This document shows positions 20,940-33,522 of a stretch of 64,000 nt of DNA, piece by piece (the stretch's first letter is position 1; every line of letters starts with the position of its first letter). A model generated the notes under the pieces. That model was not told where the DNA came from. It searched no databases and worked only from the letters and a program-made list of their open reading frames with translations. The translations under genes were made by a program, and so were the position numbers. Origin of the DNA: an uncultured Gammaproteobacteria bacterium (GTDB lineage: Bacteria > Patescibacteriota > Microgenomatia > CAZETR01 > Amesbacteraceae). The stretch spans positions 134,527 to 198,526 of the forward strand of contig CAZWKN010000001.1 in NCBI GenBank assembly GCA_964633995.1, given 5' to 3'.

Positions 20940-21209
20940 TTACTTGGTGAAGCCGATGTAAATGTAAGTAACAATGAATGACGGGATAATGTATAAAATA
21001 GTTAGAAATAGGTTTTTGCGATTATTTTTGATGCAGTAAAACCCTGCAAAATAGGTCGCTAGCAGTGGGAAAAGTGAAACTAGTTTCCAAAACGGTGCGT
21101 TTTCGTATGACAGTATTGAGGTGGTGGCAAGTAGATAAATCATAACTGCAAATGTGGCGCCAAATGGGACGAGCCAAGTAAGGAGAAGAAACGTGATGGA
21201 CTTGATCAT
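20940..21209 (-). CDS. Small hypothetical membrane protein
   Basis: 89 aa, three hydrophobic segments. Confidence 0.5.
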   Translation of the reverse strand: MIKSITFLLLTWLVPFGATFAVMIYLLATTSILSYENAPFWKLVSLFPLLATYFAGFYCIKNNRKNLFLTILYIIPSFIVTYIYIGFTK

Positions 21210-21312
21210 ATGTCCAGATTAGCGGTTTTGGCCCGACTATTTTTCCCGTTCGACTTTACAGATCTATTCGATCACGTCTCACGGAGCAAATTTAGTCGGA
21301 CTTCGAGTGCCA

Positions 21313-23226
<1,914 letters not shown>

Positions 23227-23235
23227 TTAGCAATA

Positions 23236-23829
23236 TTAGCCCGTGAGTTCAATCACAAAGTGGTCCAATATAAGTTTGACATTACAGTTGGATTTGAGAT
23301 ACTTGCGAGTGTCAGAGACTAGATGATAGATCTTAGATGCTAGATGAGGGTTGGAAACAATTAAGTGTTGGTGAGTGTATTGTTCAAGGTCGGCTAAAAA
23401 GGACAAAGAGGACTCTCTGGTAAAAGCTTGAGCTTCCATTAGAGTAAGGCGAGTTTGAAAAGAATCGGCTGCTAAAAGTGAGGTGATAAACGAGAAGTCG
23501 GGGGTTTGGGGGGTATGGATGATAGTTGGTAGTAATTCTACCCGGGATAAAATGGTAGGCAGGAGCGAGTTTGGCTGAGAAGTAAGCAGGTATATTTGGG
23601 AATTTCCAGGGGGTTCCTCGAGAGTTTTGAGAATGGCGTGTTGGGCGGTAGTAGTAAGAAGCTCGGCGTTAAAAATGACTACGGTGTTGCGGGGTGATTG
23701 GGCGGGTTTTCTGGATAAAAAATTTTGGATGGTCCGGATTTCTTCTATTCCTATGGAGGTGTCGGGGTGAATTTCCAGTGTGTCAGGTGAAGCTGGAAGG
23801 TCAATTTTGTCGGTGAGAAATGCGTGCAT
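23236..23829 (-). CDS. holB: DNA polymerase III delta-prime-like subunit (short)
   Basis: AQHAILKTLEEPP, LLPTILSR. Confidence 0.8.
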   Translation of the reverse strand: MHAFLTDKIDLPASPDTLEIHPDTSIGIEEIRTIQNFLSRKPAQSPRNTVVIFNAELLTTTAQHAILKTLEEPPGNSQIYLLTSQPNSLLPTILSRVELLPTIIHTPQTPDFSFITSLLAADSFQTRLTLMEAQAFTRESSLSFLADLEQYTHQHLIVSNPHLASKIYHLVSDTRKYLKSNCNVKLILDHFVIELTG

Positions 23830-23848
23830 ATGTTGTATTATTGATTAT

Positions 23849-25600
23849 ATGCCTCCTGCCCAATTAAATGGCGGTTTTGTTTCGGATGGAGAAGTCGCTC
23901 CGGTGGTTGATTTGTTGGTGACCATGGGAAAGATTACGGCTGCTGACAGGGATAAGGCCAGGGAGAATTTTGTGGCTTCGGGAAATTTGATGACGGATTG
24001 GTTGCTTAGGCAGGGACTAATAAAAATTGAAGATTTGGTGGAGGCCAGAGCGAAGTATTTGAATGTGCCGTTTGTAAAATTGTCGGATAAAGCGGTGTCT
24101 CCCGTCGCACTTGGGTATGTAGATAAGTCGGTAGCCGAGAGGTTAAAACTGATTCCTTTTGAGTATAAAAGTCTGACAAACGAATTGTGTGTGGCGATGG
24201 TAAACCCAGTCGATTTGACGGCAATAGAGTTTCTGGAGAAAAAAACTGGTATCAGAGTAAAAGCGTTTGCTGCGATTCCGTCCGAAGTTACGGAAAATAT
24301 TGCTACACAGTATCAACAGAGTTTATCTACAGAAGTTACGGCGGCGTTAAAGGAGGCCGGGGGCGGAGGAAATGTTGATGTTAAGACGGTTAATATCCGA
24401 AAGGTAAACGAGTTGATTCGAGAAGCCCCGATTGCAAAAATAGTTACCACTATATTAGACTTTGCGGTTAAATCCCGGGCATCCGATGTTCACATTGAGC
24501 CGTTGGAAGAAAGAACCAGAATAAGATACCGAATTGATGGCATTTTGCATGAAAAATTGGTATTGCCCAGGAAGATTCATGATTCGCTGGTGTCACGCAT
24601 CAAAATTTTGTCTGACATGAAGATTGATGAGAAAAGAATACCGCAGGATGGAAGGTTTAATTTTCAAACTGAAAATGACGAGGTCGATTTGCGTGTGTCT
24701 ACTCTGCCGACCGTTCATGGCGAGAAGGTGGTGATGAGATTGCTCAAAAAATCTGGGACGGTTCCCAGTCTGTCCGACTTGGGACTTCGTGGCCGCGCGT
24801 TAAAAAATTTGGAAGAAGCGATTCTTAGGCCACACGGAATTATACTGGTGACTGGACCTACTGGATCCGGTAAAACAACCACTCTTTATTCCGTGCTATC
24901 GAGAATAAATACCGTCAAAGTAAATGTGGTGACACTAGAGGATCCGGTGGAATATCAAATGCCTGGGGTAAATCAGGTGCAAATTAATCCTCAGGCTGGA
25001 TTGACATTTGCCTCAGGGCTTAGGTCGTTTTTGAGACAAGACCCGAATGTAATTATGGTGGGAGAGATACGTGATCAGGAGACAGCAGAATTGGCTGTAC
25101 AAGCATCATTGACCGGCCATTTGGTGTTTTCTACGTTGCATACTAATTCTGCTGCGGGAGCACTACCTAGAATGTTGGACATGAACGCTGAGCCATATCT
25201 GTTGGCATCTACTATTACGGCCATAGTGGGACAAAGGGTGGCTAGAAAAATTTGTAATGTCTGCCGGAAAAGTTATGTACCCATTGGTACGGTGATAGAA
25301 GATGTGAGACAAGTATTGGACAAATTATGGACGGTAGATCCGAATAAAGGAGTCCAATTTTTCCGCGGAGAAGGGTGTGAGCAATGTGGAGGAACCGGAT
25401 ATCGTGGACGGGTGGGAATTTATGAAGTATTGCCGGTCTCTGAAAAAATAGGGCGACTTATTTTGGAAAGATCACCGGCTGTTGAGATAGAAAAGCAAGC
25501 TATCTCTGAGGGAATGATTACCATGAAACAAGATGGTTATATGAAGGTGGTGGAAGGATTAACTTCTATAGAAGAAGTCCTGAGAGTGGCTCAAGAATGA
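23849..25600 (+). CDS. pilB: Type IV pilus assembly ATPase PilB/GspE
   Basis: ASDVHIEP, GPTGSGKTT, EDPVE, LRQDP, GEIRD, tetracysteine motif. Confidence 0.95.
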   Translation: MPPAQLNGGFVSDGEVAPVVDLLVTMGKITAADRDKARENFVASGNLMTDWLLRQGLIKIEDLVEARAKYLNVPFVKLSDKAVSPVALGYVDKSVAERLKLIPFEYKSLTNELCVAMVNPVDLTAIEFLEKKTGIRVKAFAAIPSEVTENIATQYQQSLSTEVTAALKEAGGGGNVDVKTVNIRKVNELIREAPIAKIVTTILDFAVKSRASDVHIEPLEERTRIRYRIDGILHEKLVLPRKIHDSLVSRIKILSDMKIDEKRIPQDGRFNFQTENDEVDLRVSTLPTVHGEKVVMRLLKKSGTVPSLSDLGLRGRALKNLEEAILRPHGIILVTGPTGSGKTTTLYSVLSRINTVKVNVVTLEDPVEYQMPGVNQVQINPQAGLTFASGLRSFLRQDPNVIMVGEIRDQETAELAVQASLTGHLVFSTLHTNSAAGALPRMLDMNAEPYLLASTITAIVGQRVARKICNVCRKSYVPIGTVIEDVRQVLDKLWTVDPNKGVQFFRGEGCEQCGGTGYRGRVGIYEVLPVSEKIGRLILERSPAVEIEKQAISEGMITMKQDGYMKVVEGLTSIEEVLRVAQE

Positions 25601-26661
25601 CGATAACTCAACTTTTGACATACGTTTCCGAAAAAAAAGCATCCGATTTACATTTGGTGGTGGGGTCTCAACCGCTAGTCAGAATAGATGGAGAACTGAT
25701 AGCTGTTCCGGGCGAAGGAGTTTTAGATGCTTTTTCTGTGGAGCAATTGATGAATGGTGTACTGTCGACGGAACAAAAACAACTTTTATTAGCAAATAAG
25801 GAATTGGATTTTTCATTTGCAGTGGGCAATAGCTCAAGGTTTAGGGTCAATGCGTACTTTCAGAAAAACACGATGGCGGGAAGTTTTAGGGCCGTGCCGG
25901 CCACCATTCCCTCCTTGGAAATGTTGGGACTACCAAAAATTTGTAGAGATTTAACGAGTTTAAAACAGGGTTTTGTATTGGTAACCGGGCCAACGGGTCA
26001 GGGAAAATCAACGACATTGGCTGCAATTTTAGAGACTATAAATCAAACCAGATCTGCGCACATTGTGACAATTGAGGATCCTGTTGAATATGTTTATACA
26101 CCTGTTAAATCGGTAATTACCCAGCGGGAGATGCATAACGATACTCACTCTTGGAGTGTGGCACTAAGATCGGTATTAAGAGAAGATCCTGACGTGGTGC
26201 TGGTAGGAGAAATGCGGGATTATGAAACAATTGCCGCTGCTTTGACAGTCGCCGAAACTGGTCATTTAGTGTTTGCGACGTTGCACACTAATTCGGCCGC
26301 CCAGACGATTGATCGGATTGTGGATGTTTTTCCGGAGAATCAACAACCTCAGGTTAGGTTGCAACTGTCCAACAATTTGGAAGCAGTATTTTCTCAGAGG
26401 TTAGTGCCAAAGATTGGTGGAGGTAGGGTTGTGGCTTATGAAGTTATGCTGGGAACTTCGGCGGTCAAAACGGCAATAAGAGAGGGCAGAACTCATATGT
26501 TGGATAATATTATTATGACTTCTGGAGAAGTGGGAATGGTGACACTGGAAGCGGTATTGGCTGGGTTTTATAAGAACGGAAAAATTTCTTTGGACGTGGC
26601 GAATGCGTATGCTTTGCGACCTTCTGACATTGCCCGATTTTCCAAAGAAGGTGAAGTATGA
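25597..26661 (+). CDS. pilT: Pilus retraction ATPase
   Basis: ASDLHL, GPTGQGKST, LREDPD, GEMRD, AIRE motif. Confidence 0.95.
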   Translation: MTITQLLTYVSEKKASDLHLVVGSQPLVRIDGELIAVPGEGVLDAFSVEQLMNGVLSTEQKQLLLANKELDFSFAVGNSSRFRVNAYFQKNTMAGSFRAVPATIPSLEMLGLPKICRDLTSLKQGFVLVTGPTGQGKSTTLAAILETINQTRSAHIVTIEDPVEYVYTPVKSVITQREMHNDTHSWSVALRSVLREDPDVVLVGEMRDYETIAAALTVAETGHLVFATLHTNSAAQTIDRIVDVFPENQQPQVRLQLSNNLEAVFSQRLVPKIGGGRVVAYEVMLGTSAVKTAIREGRTHMLDNIIMTSGEVGMVTLEAVLAGFYKNGKISLDVANAYALRPSDIARFSKEGEV

Positions 26662-27860
26662 AATTTGCATATACCGCGAAGTCCATGGGGGGGCAGAAGC
26701 AAAAGGGTCAGGTAGACGCCGTTTCGGTGCAGAACGCCGTTGAGTCTATCAGAGGTCAGGGTTTGGTACCTATTACGGTAACAGAAGTTAAGATGGGGAT
26801 TGGTTTGGGAGAATTGGGAATAGGAATTAGTGGAGTGAAATCGTCTGATATTGCCAATTTTACGAGACAACTTTCGACTATGATTACGGCTGGGTTGCCG
26901 TTGACCGATGCGCTTTCTTTGTTGAAAGCTCAATCCCCTCCTCCATTGGCGAAGGTGGTCTCGGAAATATTACTGGATGTACAGTCAGGAATTTCTTTAT
27001 CGGCCGCGATGGCTAAGCATCCTAAGGTCTTTTCTAAAGTGTATGTAGCGCTGGTTAAAGCCGGAGAAGCGGCTGGGGTGATGGAGACTGTCTTAAATCG
27101 ATTGGCAGAAAATACTGAAAAGAGCCGAGAATTTTCGGGCAAAGTGAAAGGGGCGATGGTGTATCCGGTGATTGTATTGATAGGCATGGCTATCGTTATG
27201 GCGGTAATGGTGCTTTTTGTGGTACCGAAATTAACAGCGATGTATGCGGATTTTGGAGCTGAGTTGCCGATTGCCACAAAAATGGTGATGTCCATATCGG
27301 ATTTTTCAATTCATTATTGGTGGTTGGCGGCCATAGTGATCGTCGGAGGTGTATTTGGAGGAAAAGCGTATCTACAAACATCGATAGGCAGGTACCAGTG
27401 GGACGAACTGGTCTATAAAATTCCTGTGTGGGGAGCTTTGGGTAGGCAAATAATGTTGACTGAATTAACCGGAACATTAGGACTACTTGTGGGGTCTGGG
27501 GTTTCGGTGGTTGAGGCATTAAATATCGTTTCAGGAGCTGTGGGGAATGTGGTGGTGGAGAAGGATGTAAAACGAATTGCTAAACAGGTTGAAAAAGGGT
27601 TTCCGGTGTCAATTAGTTTTTCTGAAAGTTTGGTGTTTCCTCCGATTGTGGGGCAAATGGTGGCAGTGGGAGAAGAGACGGGAAAGATGGATGATGTGCT
27701 GTCTAAGCTGGAACATTTTTTTGGTTCTGAGTCTGAGCAAAAGGTTAAGGCATTGACAACAGCGATAGAGCCGCTAATAATAATCGTATTGGCAGTCGGT
27801 GTGGGTTTTTTGATGTATGCCATCGTTATGCCTATTTATGGAATTACTAATAAGTTTTGA
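26658..27860 (+). CDS. pilC: Type IV pilus platform protein PilC/GspF
   Basis: FTRQLSTMITAGLPL, GEAAG, GEETGKMD, IEP. Confidence 0.95.
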   Translation: MKFAYTAKSMGGQKQKGQVDAVSVQNAVESIRGQGLVPITVTEVKMGIGLGELGIGISGVKSSDIANFTRQLSTMITAGLPLTDALSLLKAQSPPPLAKVVSEILLDVQSGISLSAAMAKHPKVFSKVYVALVKAGEAAGVMETVLNRLAENTEKSREFSGKVKGAMVYPVIVLIGMAIVMAVMVLFVVPKLTAMYADFGAELPIATKMVMSISDFSIHYWWLAAIVIVGGVFGGKAYLQTSIGRYQWDELVYKIPVWGALGRQIMLTELTGTLGLLVGSGVSVVEALNIVSGAVGNVVVEKDVKRIAKQVEKGFPVSISFSESLVFPPIVGQMVAVGEETGKMDDVLSKLEHFFGSESEQKVKALTTAIEPLIIIVLAVGVGFLMYAIVMPIYGITNKF

Positions 27861-27887
27861 TATGTGTAGAAGGGAGGTGAGCGAATA

Positions 27888-28400
27888 ATGTTTAATATTA
27901 AAAAGGGTTTTACGTTGATTGAACTTTTGGTAGTAATTGGTTTGTTGGCTGTTATTTCCGCCGGAGTTGTTGCGCTCATCAACCCACAGGATAAATTGAA
28001 TGCCGGTAATGATGCCGGAGTTCAGAATTCTATTGGTGAAATTGGGACAGCTGCTCAAGCATATGCTGCTACTCATAGTGGAAATTATCCCGGTTTGGAT
28101 TCCGATACGGTATTGGTTACGACAGGAGATTTGACTGTATGGCCAACTTCTCCAAACGGAACCATTACTGATGGATCTACGTGCGCAGTTTCCGGAGGAG
28201 CCGGATGTACTAGGTATACAGTTTATGCGCCAGTGAAATCGAAGAAGTACGCTTCTTCGTTGGGAGTTGCGACTGGAACTGGAGGCACTGTAGCTGCTTG
28301 TGGAGCTGCTAATGCTTACTGGTTGTGGACATCAAATACTGGTAAGGCATGTTTGTATTGTGGAGCGCCAGTTGCTGATGGGACAATGAGTTGTCCGTGA
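27888..28400 (+). CDS. Type IV pilin, likely major
   Basis: KKG|FTLIELLVV; strong SD (GGAGGTGA); followed by a hairpin; Cys-rich C-terminus. Confidence 0.9.
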   Translation: MFNIKKGFTLIELLVVIGLLAVISAGVVALINPQDKLNAGNDAGVQNSIGEIGTAAQAYAATHSGNYPGLDSDTVLVTTGDLTVWPTSPNGTITDGSTCAVSGGAGCTRYTVYAPVKSKKYASSLGVATGTGGTVAACGAANAYWLWTSNTGKACLYCGAPVADGTMSCP

Positions 28401-28420
28401 TTGGTTTAGTAAGTTTTGTT

Positions 28421-28445
28421 ACACCGGCCGAAAGGCCGGTGTTTG
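28421..28445 (+). terminator. Stem-loop/terminator after the major pilin
   Basis: ACACCGGCC-GAAA-GGCCGGTGT followed by a short T run. Confidence 0.7.
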
Positions 28446-28461
28446 GGTTTAGGGAGATACA

Positions 28462-28588
28462 TGTCATCGCGAACCCCGCCAAGGCGGGGTGTGGCGATCT
28501 GACGAGATTGCTTCCATGTGCCCGCAACGACACTCCCCTTCCCTTTCCACCTCACCCCTGCCCTTCTCCACAATTGTGGAGAAGGGGG
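28462..28588. repeat. Composite REP-like palindromic cluster
   Basis: TGTCATCGCGA..GTGGCGATCT, inverted partner GAGATTGC..GCAACGACA, then CCTCACCC..TCTCC..GGAGAAGGG. Confidence 0.7.
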
Positions 28589-28609
28589 TGTTGCGGTTAG
28601 AATGGAGGC

Positions 28610-29338
28610 ATGGAAGTTGTGTTTTTTGTGTTGGGGGCGGTGATGGGGAGTGTGGCGAATGCCATTATTGATAGACTTCCTCGAAATGAAGCATGGAGTA
28701 AGGGTAGGTCTCATTGTGATAAGTGTAATCATTCGTTGGGGTTATTTGACTTGATACCATTAATTTCCTTTTTAACCCTTGCCGGTAAATGTAGGTATTG
28801 TAAAAAACAGATACCAAAGCGTAATTTTGTCGTGGAATTGTTTTTGGGTTTGGGCTTTTTGGTGATAAGTCGGATAGGACACATGGGACTGATAGGACAA
28901 ATACTATTGATGGGGATGTTGTGGGTGACGACGATAATCGCGGTTATGGATTGGGAAACTAAACTAGTATCCGAATTATTGGTGTTTGTGTGGTGGATAC
29001 TAGTAGTTTTTCAGTTAAACAGTTTTTCAGTTCTTCAGTTGACGGGATTAATTGCTGGTGTTGGTGTAATTGGGGGAATATGGGCGGTGACGCGTGGGAG
29101 AGCGATGGGGTTTGGGGACGTAGAAATAGTTGCTGTTATGGGATGGTGGTTGGGGTGGCCAAAGATTGGGGTGGCTTTGTGGATGGCGTTTGTAGTAGGG
29201 GCAATATTTGGCATTTATCATTTGACATTTAGACAGTTGAAATTGAAAAGTGAGATTGCGTTTGGGCCGTTTTTGATTTTGGGGACATGGGTAGCTTATT
29301 TTGGAGGAGAGACTATAATTAAATTACTAAATTTTTAA
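28610..29338 (+). CDS. pilD: Prepilin peptidase
   Basis: RS.C..C, DLIPLIS...G.CRYC, MGFGD, FGPFL. Confidence 0.95.
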   Translation: MEVVFFVLGAVMGSVANAIIDRLPRNEAWSKGRSHCDKCNHSLGLFDLIPLISFLTLAGKCRYCKKQIPKRNFVVELFLGLGFLVISRIGHMGLIGQILLMGMLWVTTIIAVMDWETKLVSELLVFVWWILVVFQLNSFSVLQLTGLIAGVGVIGGIWAVTRGRAMGFGDVEIVAVMGWWLGWPKIGVALWMAFVVGAIFGIYHLTFRQLKLKSEIAFGPFLILGTWVAYFGGETIIKLLNF

Positions 29339-29361
29339 TTTTAAATTTTTAATTTTTAAAC

Positions 29362-29847
29362 ATGGTGAAAGATTTTTCTATATTCGATTGGACTAAAAAC
29401 GAGATAGTGTTTGTCGGGGCTGTTTTGGTAGCGATTGTGGTGATTTCTACTAATCAATTACTGACGTCCCAGATGAGAACTAGGGACGCACAAAGAAGGG
29501 CCGATACCGAGCTGGTAGCCAGGGCGATTGGAGCTTATTTTGAGGACTATAAAACACTACCTCTGTCTGAAAATGGAAAAATAGTGGCGTGTGGAGATAA
29601 GGGATTATCGATATGTGAATGGGGGCAGGGTCAGATAGTTGATAAAGACAATGTAACCTATTTGAAAAAATTGCCGGAAGATCCATGGAAATATAAAGGA
29701 TATAAATATGTGTATGAAGTGGATGAGAAAAACCAGACGTTTAGAGTGTATGCGTTTTTGGAAAATTTAAGCGACAAAACCAGGAAGGCGCATTTGACAG
29801 TGCAGTGTGGAAACAATGTACAATGTAGTTGGTATGCACCGAACTAA
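29362..29847 (+). CDS. GspG-like pseudopilin with non-canonical N-terminus
   Basis: RDAQRRAD, YLKKLPEDP, A.LEN; WTKNE in place of FTLIE. Confidence 0.7.
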   Translation: MVKDFSIFDWTKNEIVFVGAVLVAIVVISTNQLLTSQMRTRDAQRRADTELVARAIGAYFEDYKTLPLSENGKIVACGDKGLSICEWGQGQIVDKDNVTYLKKLPEDPWKYKGYKYVYEVDEKNQTFRVYAFLENLSDKTRKAHLTVQCGNNVQCSWYAPN

Positions 29848-30355
29848 TATATTGCGTATTGCGTATTACAGATTACATATAAATTTGGGGTTTACTCTAG
29901 TTGAGTTGTTGGTGTCGATTGGCCTGTTGGCGGTTTTGTCTGCCGGAGTGGTGTCTATTATTGGTACTGGACCTGCCAAAACCGGCAGGGATGGCAAACG
30001 CCAGACCGATTTGCAATCAATTGCTTCGGCATTGGAGCTGTACAGAAATGATAACGGGACTTATCCCCAATGCACTGGCGGGGTCACTGGATGTACTGCA
30101 GGTTCGTTGGTTAATGGGACTGGTATGCCGTCGTTTTCTGGTTATTTGTCAACTATTCCCGGAGATGTAAAATCTCCGACGAGGGAATATCGATATGCTC
30201 CACTTGATTCAAGTTCTAACGCCTGTGATGGCACCTTGGGTGATAAGTGTGTAAAGTATTCGTTGTGCGCCGCATTGGAAAATGGTACTGGTTCGGTGGT
30301 GGGCTGTGGAACTTGTGGTGCAACAACGTGTAATGTTTTGGTCCTTAGTCCATGA
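29834..30355 (+). CDS. GspG-like pilin
   Basis: G|FTLVELLV, RDGKRQTDL..I..ALE.Y. Confidence 0.88.
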   Translation: MHRTNILRIAYYRLHINLGFTLVELLVSIGLLAVLSAGVVSIIGTGPAKTGRDGKRQTDLQSIASALELYRNDNGTYPQCTGGVTGCTAGSLVNGTGMPSFSGYLSTIPGDVKSPTREYRYAPLDSSSNACDGTLGDKCVKYSLCAALENGTGSVVGCGTCGATTCNVLVLSP

Positions 30356-30807
30356 AAAAAGGCTTTACCCTCATTGAGTTGATGGTCGGGATTGGGTTGG
30401 TGACAGTTATCACCAGTTTTGGAGTGGCTAGTTTTCGAACTTCATCCAGGAGACAGGCGGTGGATACGGCAGCTGATAGATTGAGACAAGTCTTGCTTCA
30501 GGCGAGAAGTAATGCGTTATATGGAAAGAAGGAATGTACTGGTGGGCCATTGGACGGTTGGCGGGTAGTGGTGGTAGGTAGGACGGTTGTGTTAGAGAAC
30601 GTGTGTGTGGGAAATATTATATCGAGACCCCTAGAGACATTTGCTGGTACCACAGTTAGTGTTTCACCCAATGCTACGATCTTGTTTAAGCCCATTGGGC
30701 AGGGAATTGAGAACGGTTCGGCGTTGTCTACAATGTTTTCTGTGGCCGATTCTTCGATTTCTTACACTAAAACCATAACAGTTACACAGAAGGGGGATGT
30801 AAATTGA
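30352..30807 (+). CDS. Minor pilin (FimT-like)
   Basis: KKG|FTLIELM; ARS.A. Confidence 0.85.
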   Translation: MKKGFTLIELMVGIGLVTVITSFGVASFRTSSRRQAVDTAADRLRQVLLQARSNALYGKKECTGGPLDGWRVVVVGRTVVLENVCVGNIISRPLETFAGTTVSVSPNATILFKPIGQGIENGSALSTMFSVADSSISYTKTITVTQKGDVN

Positions 30808-31238
30808 AAAGAGGGCAAATGATTGTGGAAGCATTAGTGGCGTTTGCCATAGCCATGGTGGCTTTATTGGGACTGGCTCAGGTGACAAATAAATCCGTAG
30901 GTAATTCCGGATTGTCTAAGAGGCAATCGGAAGCGACAGCGTATGCGTCCAGGGTTGTAGAATATCTACGCGATCAAAAAAATACCCAGGGGTGGAGTGG
31001 ACTTAAATCTAGTTATTCTGGGAGCAATTATTGCTATGACGGCTCGACATTAAATGCCTTAGCAAGTTGCGTGATAACGGGAACTGAATTTACTAGCACC
31101 GTTACTGTCGCGTACGTGACCCCTACCCCGCCAGGTCCTGCCGGATCTGAAATTATGAAGATAAGTTCAAATGTTTCGTGGGTGGAAGGAGGATTAACTC
31201 ATTTTGCTAAACAATCTGCGGAATTGGTTAAATACTGA
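30804..31238 (+). CDS. Minor pilin (PilV-like)
   Basis: KRG|QMIVEALVA; V.W near C-terminus. Confidence 0.8.
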   Translation: MKRGQMIVEALVAFAIAMVALLGLAQVTNKSVGNSGLSKRQSEATAYASRVVEYLRDQKNTQGWSGLKSSYSGSNYCYDGSTLNALASCVITGTEFTSTVTVAYVTPTPPGPAGSEIMKISSNVSWVEGGLTHFAKQSAELVKY

Positions 31239-31239
31239 C

Positions 31240-31710
31240 ATGAAAGGTTTTTCGTTGATCGAAATAATTGTCGGAATTGGGTTGATGGCTTTGATTTCGA
31301 TGACGGCGACATTGCTACTAACCTCTTCTTTGCGTAGTGCCAGAAAAGCGGCGGCAATTGCACTGGTTAAAAACGAGGGTAATTGGATACTTAATTCGAT
31401 GGTGGGGATGACAAAATACGCGGCTAGTATTTCGACTTGTAATGCGAATCAGTTGAGTGTACTTAGACTTGATGGAACAACGATTGATTATACGTTTTCC
31501 GGGACATCAATAGCATCGAACGGGGCCAATCTGAATTCGAATGGAGTAAGTGTAAGTAGTTGTGCTCCGGTGTTTACGTGCTCGTCTTCTTCTAGCGTGA
31601 CAATTTGTTTTAATTTGGAAAAAGCGGGAGCGACGGATGTAACGGATAGATCTTCGGTGTCAGGAATTCAGTTCAAAAAACAAGTGGTTTTGCGCAACTT
31701 CGGCAATTGA
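31240..31710 (+). CDS. Minor pilin (PilW-like)
   Basis: KG|FSLIEIIV. Confidence 0.82.
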   Translation: MKGFSLIEIIVGIGLMALISMTATLLLTSSLRSARKAAAIALVKNEGNWILNSMVGMTKYAASISTCNANQLSVLRLDGTTIDYTFSGTSIASNGANLNSNGVSVSSCAPVFTCSSSSSVTICFNLEKAGATDVTDRSSVSGIQFKKQVVLRNFGN

Positions 31711-31742
31711 CAACCAAGTCAGTAAATCAGCATAATGGAACC

Positions 31743-32498
31743 ATGAAACGCGGTCAGGCGGTATTGATGGTGTTGCTGATAATGTCGGTGGCTCTAACTT
31801 TGGGTTTGGCGGTGGTATCCAGAAGTGTGACGGAAATTAATGTGTCTACCACTCAAGAAGAATCGTCTAAGGCTTTGGAGGCTGCGGAGGCCGGAGTAGA
31901 AAATGCGTTGGGTGGAGTGGTGGCTGGGCCGTCGGGTGGAGGAACATTGACTGGAACAAATGCTACGTTTTCGGTAGCTAATACTAGTGTGGGTGGGGGC
32001 GGATCGTATAGTACAGTTGATGCAATTGAGCCGGGTGATGTGATAACGGTTGATGTGACTGGTACCAGTCAAAATATTAAACTATGCTGGGGTACTGAGA
32101 CAGGAATTACGCCTGCGGTTGAGGTTATGTTGTATTACGACAATTCGGGTGTAAAGGTGGCCAGATGGGGGTATGATCCTCAAAACAGCCCGGTCAGGCC
32201 AAATGGTTTTGATAATGGATCTGACGGTAATTGTACTGGTGGGTTTAATTATTCTAAAAATATGACCTTGACCGTAACAGGAGCCCGAAGATATTTGAGG
32301 ATTCGGCCTTTGTATAACTCGACTAAATTTAGTTTGGTAGCAGCCGGTGGTGATAGTTTCCCCACACAAGGTCAGGATATAACATCGACCGGACAGGCAG
32401 GATCAGTAAGTCAAAAGATCCATGTGACAGTTTCTAATTCTGATTTGCCAACAATGTTTGATAACGCTATTTTTTCCGGGACGAGTTTGACTAAATAA
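31743..32498 (+). CDS. Minor pilin (PilX-like)
   Basis: KRG|QAVLMVLL lacking E5; ALEAAEAGVE. Confidence 0.8.
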   Translation: MKRGQAVLMVLLIMSVALTLGLAVVSRSVTEINVSTTQEESSKALEAAEAGVENALGGVVAGPSGGGTLTGTNATFSVANTSVGGGGSYSTVDAIEPGDVITVDVTGTSQNIKLCWGTETGITPAVEVMLYYDNSGVKVARWGYDPQNSPVRPNGFDNGSDGNCTGGFNYSKNMTLTVTGARRYLRIRPLYNSTKFSLVAAGGDSFPTQGQDITSTGQAGSVSQKIHVTVSNSDLPTMFDNAIFSGTSLTK

Positions 32499-32499
32499 T

Positions 32500-33522
32500 A
32501 TGAGTGATCTGCCCAAAATAGGAATTGATATAGGTTCCACGTCGATAAAACTGGTGGAGCTGATGCCAAACGGCCACAACAAGTGGAAATTGTTGTCTGC
32601 TGCCACAATGGGATCTCCAAAAGGTGGGGTAATGGGAAACCAGAATAATTTGGCGTCTGTGACGGCGGCAGTGGTTAAAATTTTAAAAGAAGCATCTGTT
32701 AAAAGTAAGCGGGTGGTGGTGGCCCTGCCGGAAGAGCAGGTATCTTCACACGTGGTGGAGATGCCCCTGATGAATGACGATGAGATTAGGCAAGCTTTGC
32801 AGTGGCAGGTAGAACAATATATTCCGATTCCAGCAGATAAGGCGGTTTGGAGTTATGAAGTAATAAAAAAGGATCAGGCGGGTGGGGGCATGGAAGTACT
32901 TTTGGTGGCTGCTGCTAAGAGTTTGGTAGCTTCTTATACCCAGGTGCTTGAACAAGCAGGGTTAGAGGTTGTAGCGCTTGAAACAGAATTGATGGCCTCT
33001 ACCAGGTCCGAGGTGCCGGATAACTACCCCCTGTCCATGCTAGTTGATATAGGATCTAGGAGTACGGATTTGGGAGTGGTTAGGAATAGTCAGTTGGTAT
33101 TTACCCGGACAATTCCAACAGCTGGTGATGCGTTTTCGAGGGCAATTGAGTCCGGTTTGGGATTGGATAGTGTACAAGCTGAACAATATAAAAACACTTA
33201 TGGTTTTATACAAGGCAGGTTGGATGGAAAACTAGTCGCCGTAATGACACCGGTTTTAAATATTATCGGGGCGGAGATTAAAAAAACGATAGACTTTTAT
33301 ACGTCTAAGCACGCAGGCGAAACGCTGAAAGTCATTACTTTGTCAGGCGGGGTTTCTTTACTGCCTGAAGTCGTGGGGCTGATATCGGGATTGGTGGGCG
33401 TAGAAGTGTCGGTTGGTAATCCTTTTGCTAAGGTGAGTTTGGACCAAAAACAATCGAAGTCGCTTTTGGGGAGTGCACCTTTTTATGGTGTTGCGACAGG
33501 ATTGGCAATGAGAACAATATGA
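32500..33522 (+). CDS. pilM: Type IV pilus alignment protein PilM
   Basis: IGIDIGSTSIK, VDIGSRST, LSGG, GLAMR. Confidence 0.93.
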   Translation: MSDLPKIGIDIGSTSIKLVELMPNGHNKWKLLSAATMGSPKGGVMGNQNNLASVTAAVVKILKEASVKSKRVVVALPEEQVSSHVVEMPLMNDDEIRQALQWQVEQYIPIPADKAVWSYEVIKKDQAGGGMEVLLVAAAKSLVASYTQVLEQAGLEVVALETELMASTRSEVPDNYPLSMLVDIGSRSTDLGVVRNSQLVFTRTIPTAGDAFSRAIESGLGLDSVQAEQYKNTYGFIQGRLDGKLVAVMTPVLNIIGAEIKKTIDFYTSKHAGETLKVITLSGGVSLLPEVVGLISGLVGVEVSVGNPFAKVSLDQKQSKSLLGSAPFYGVATGLAMRTI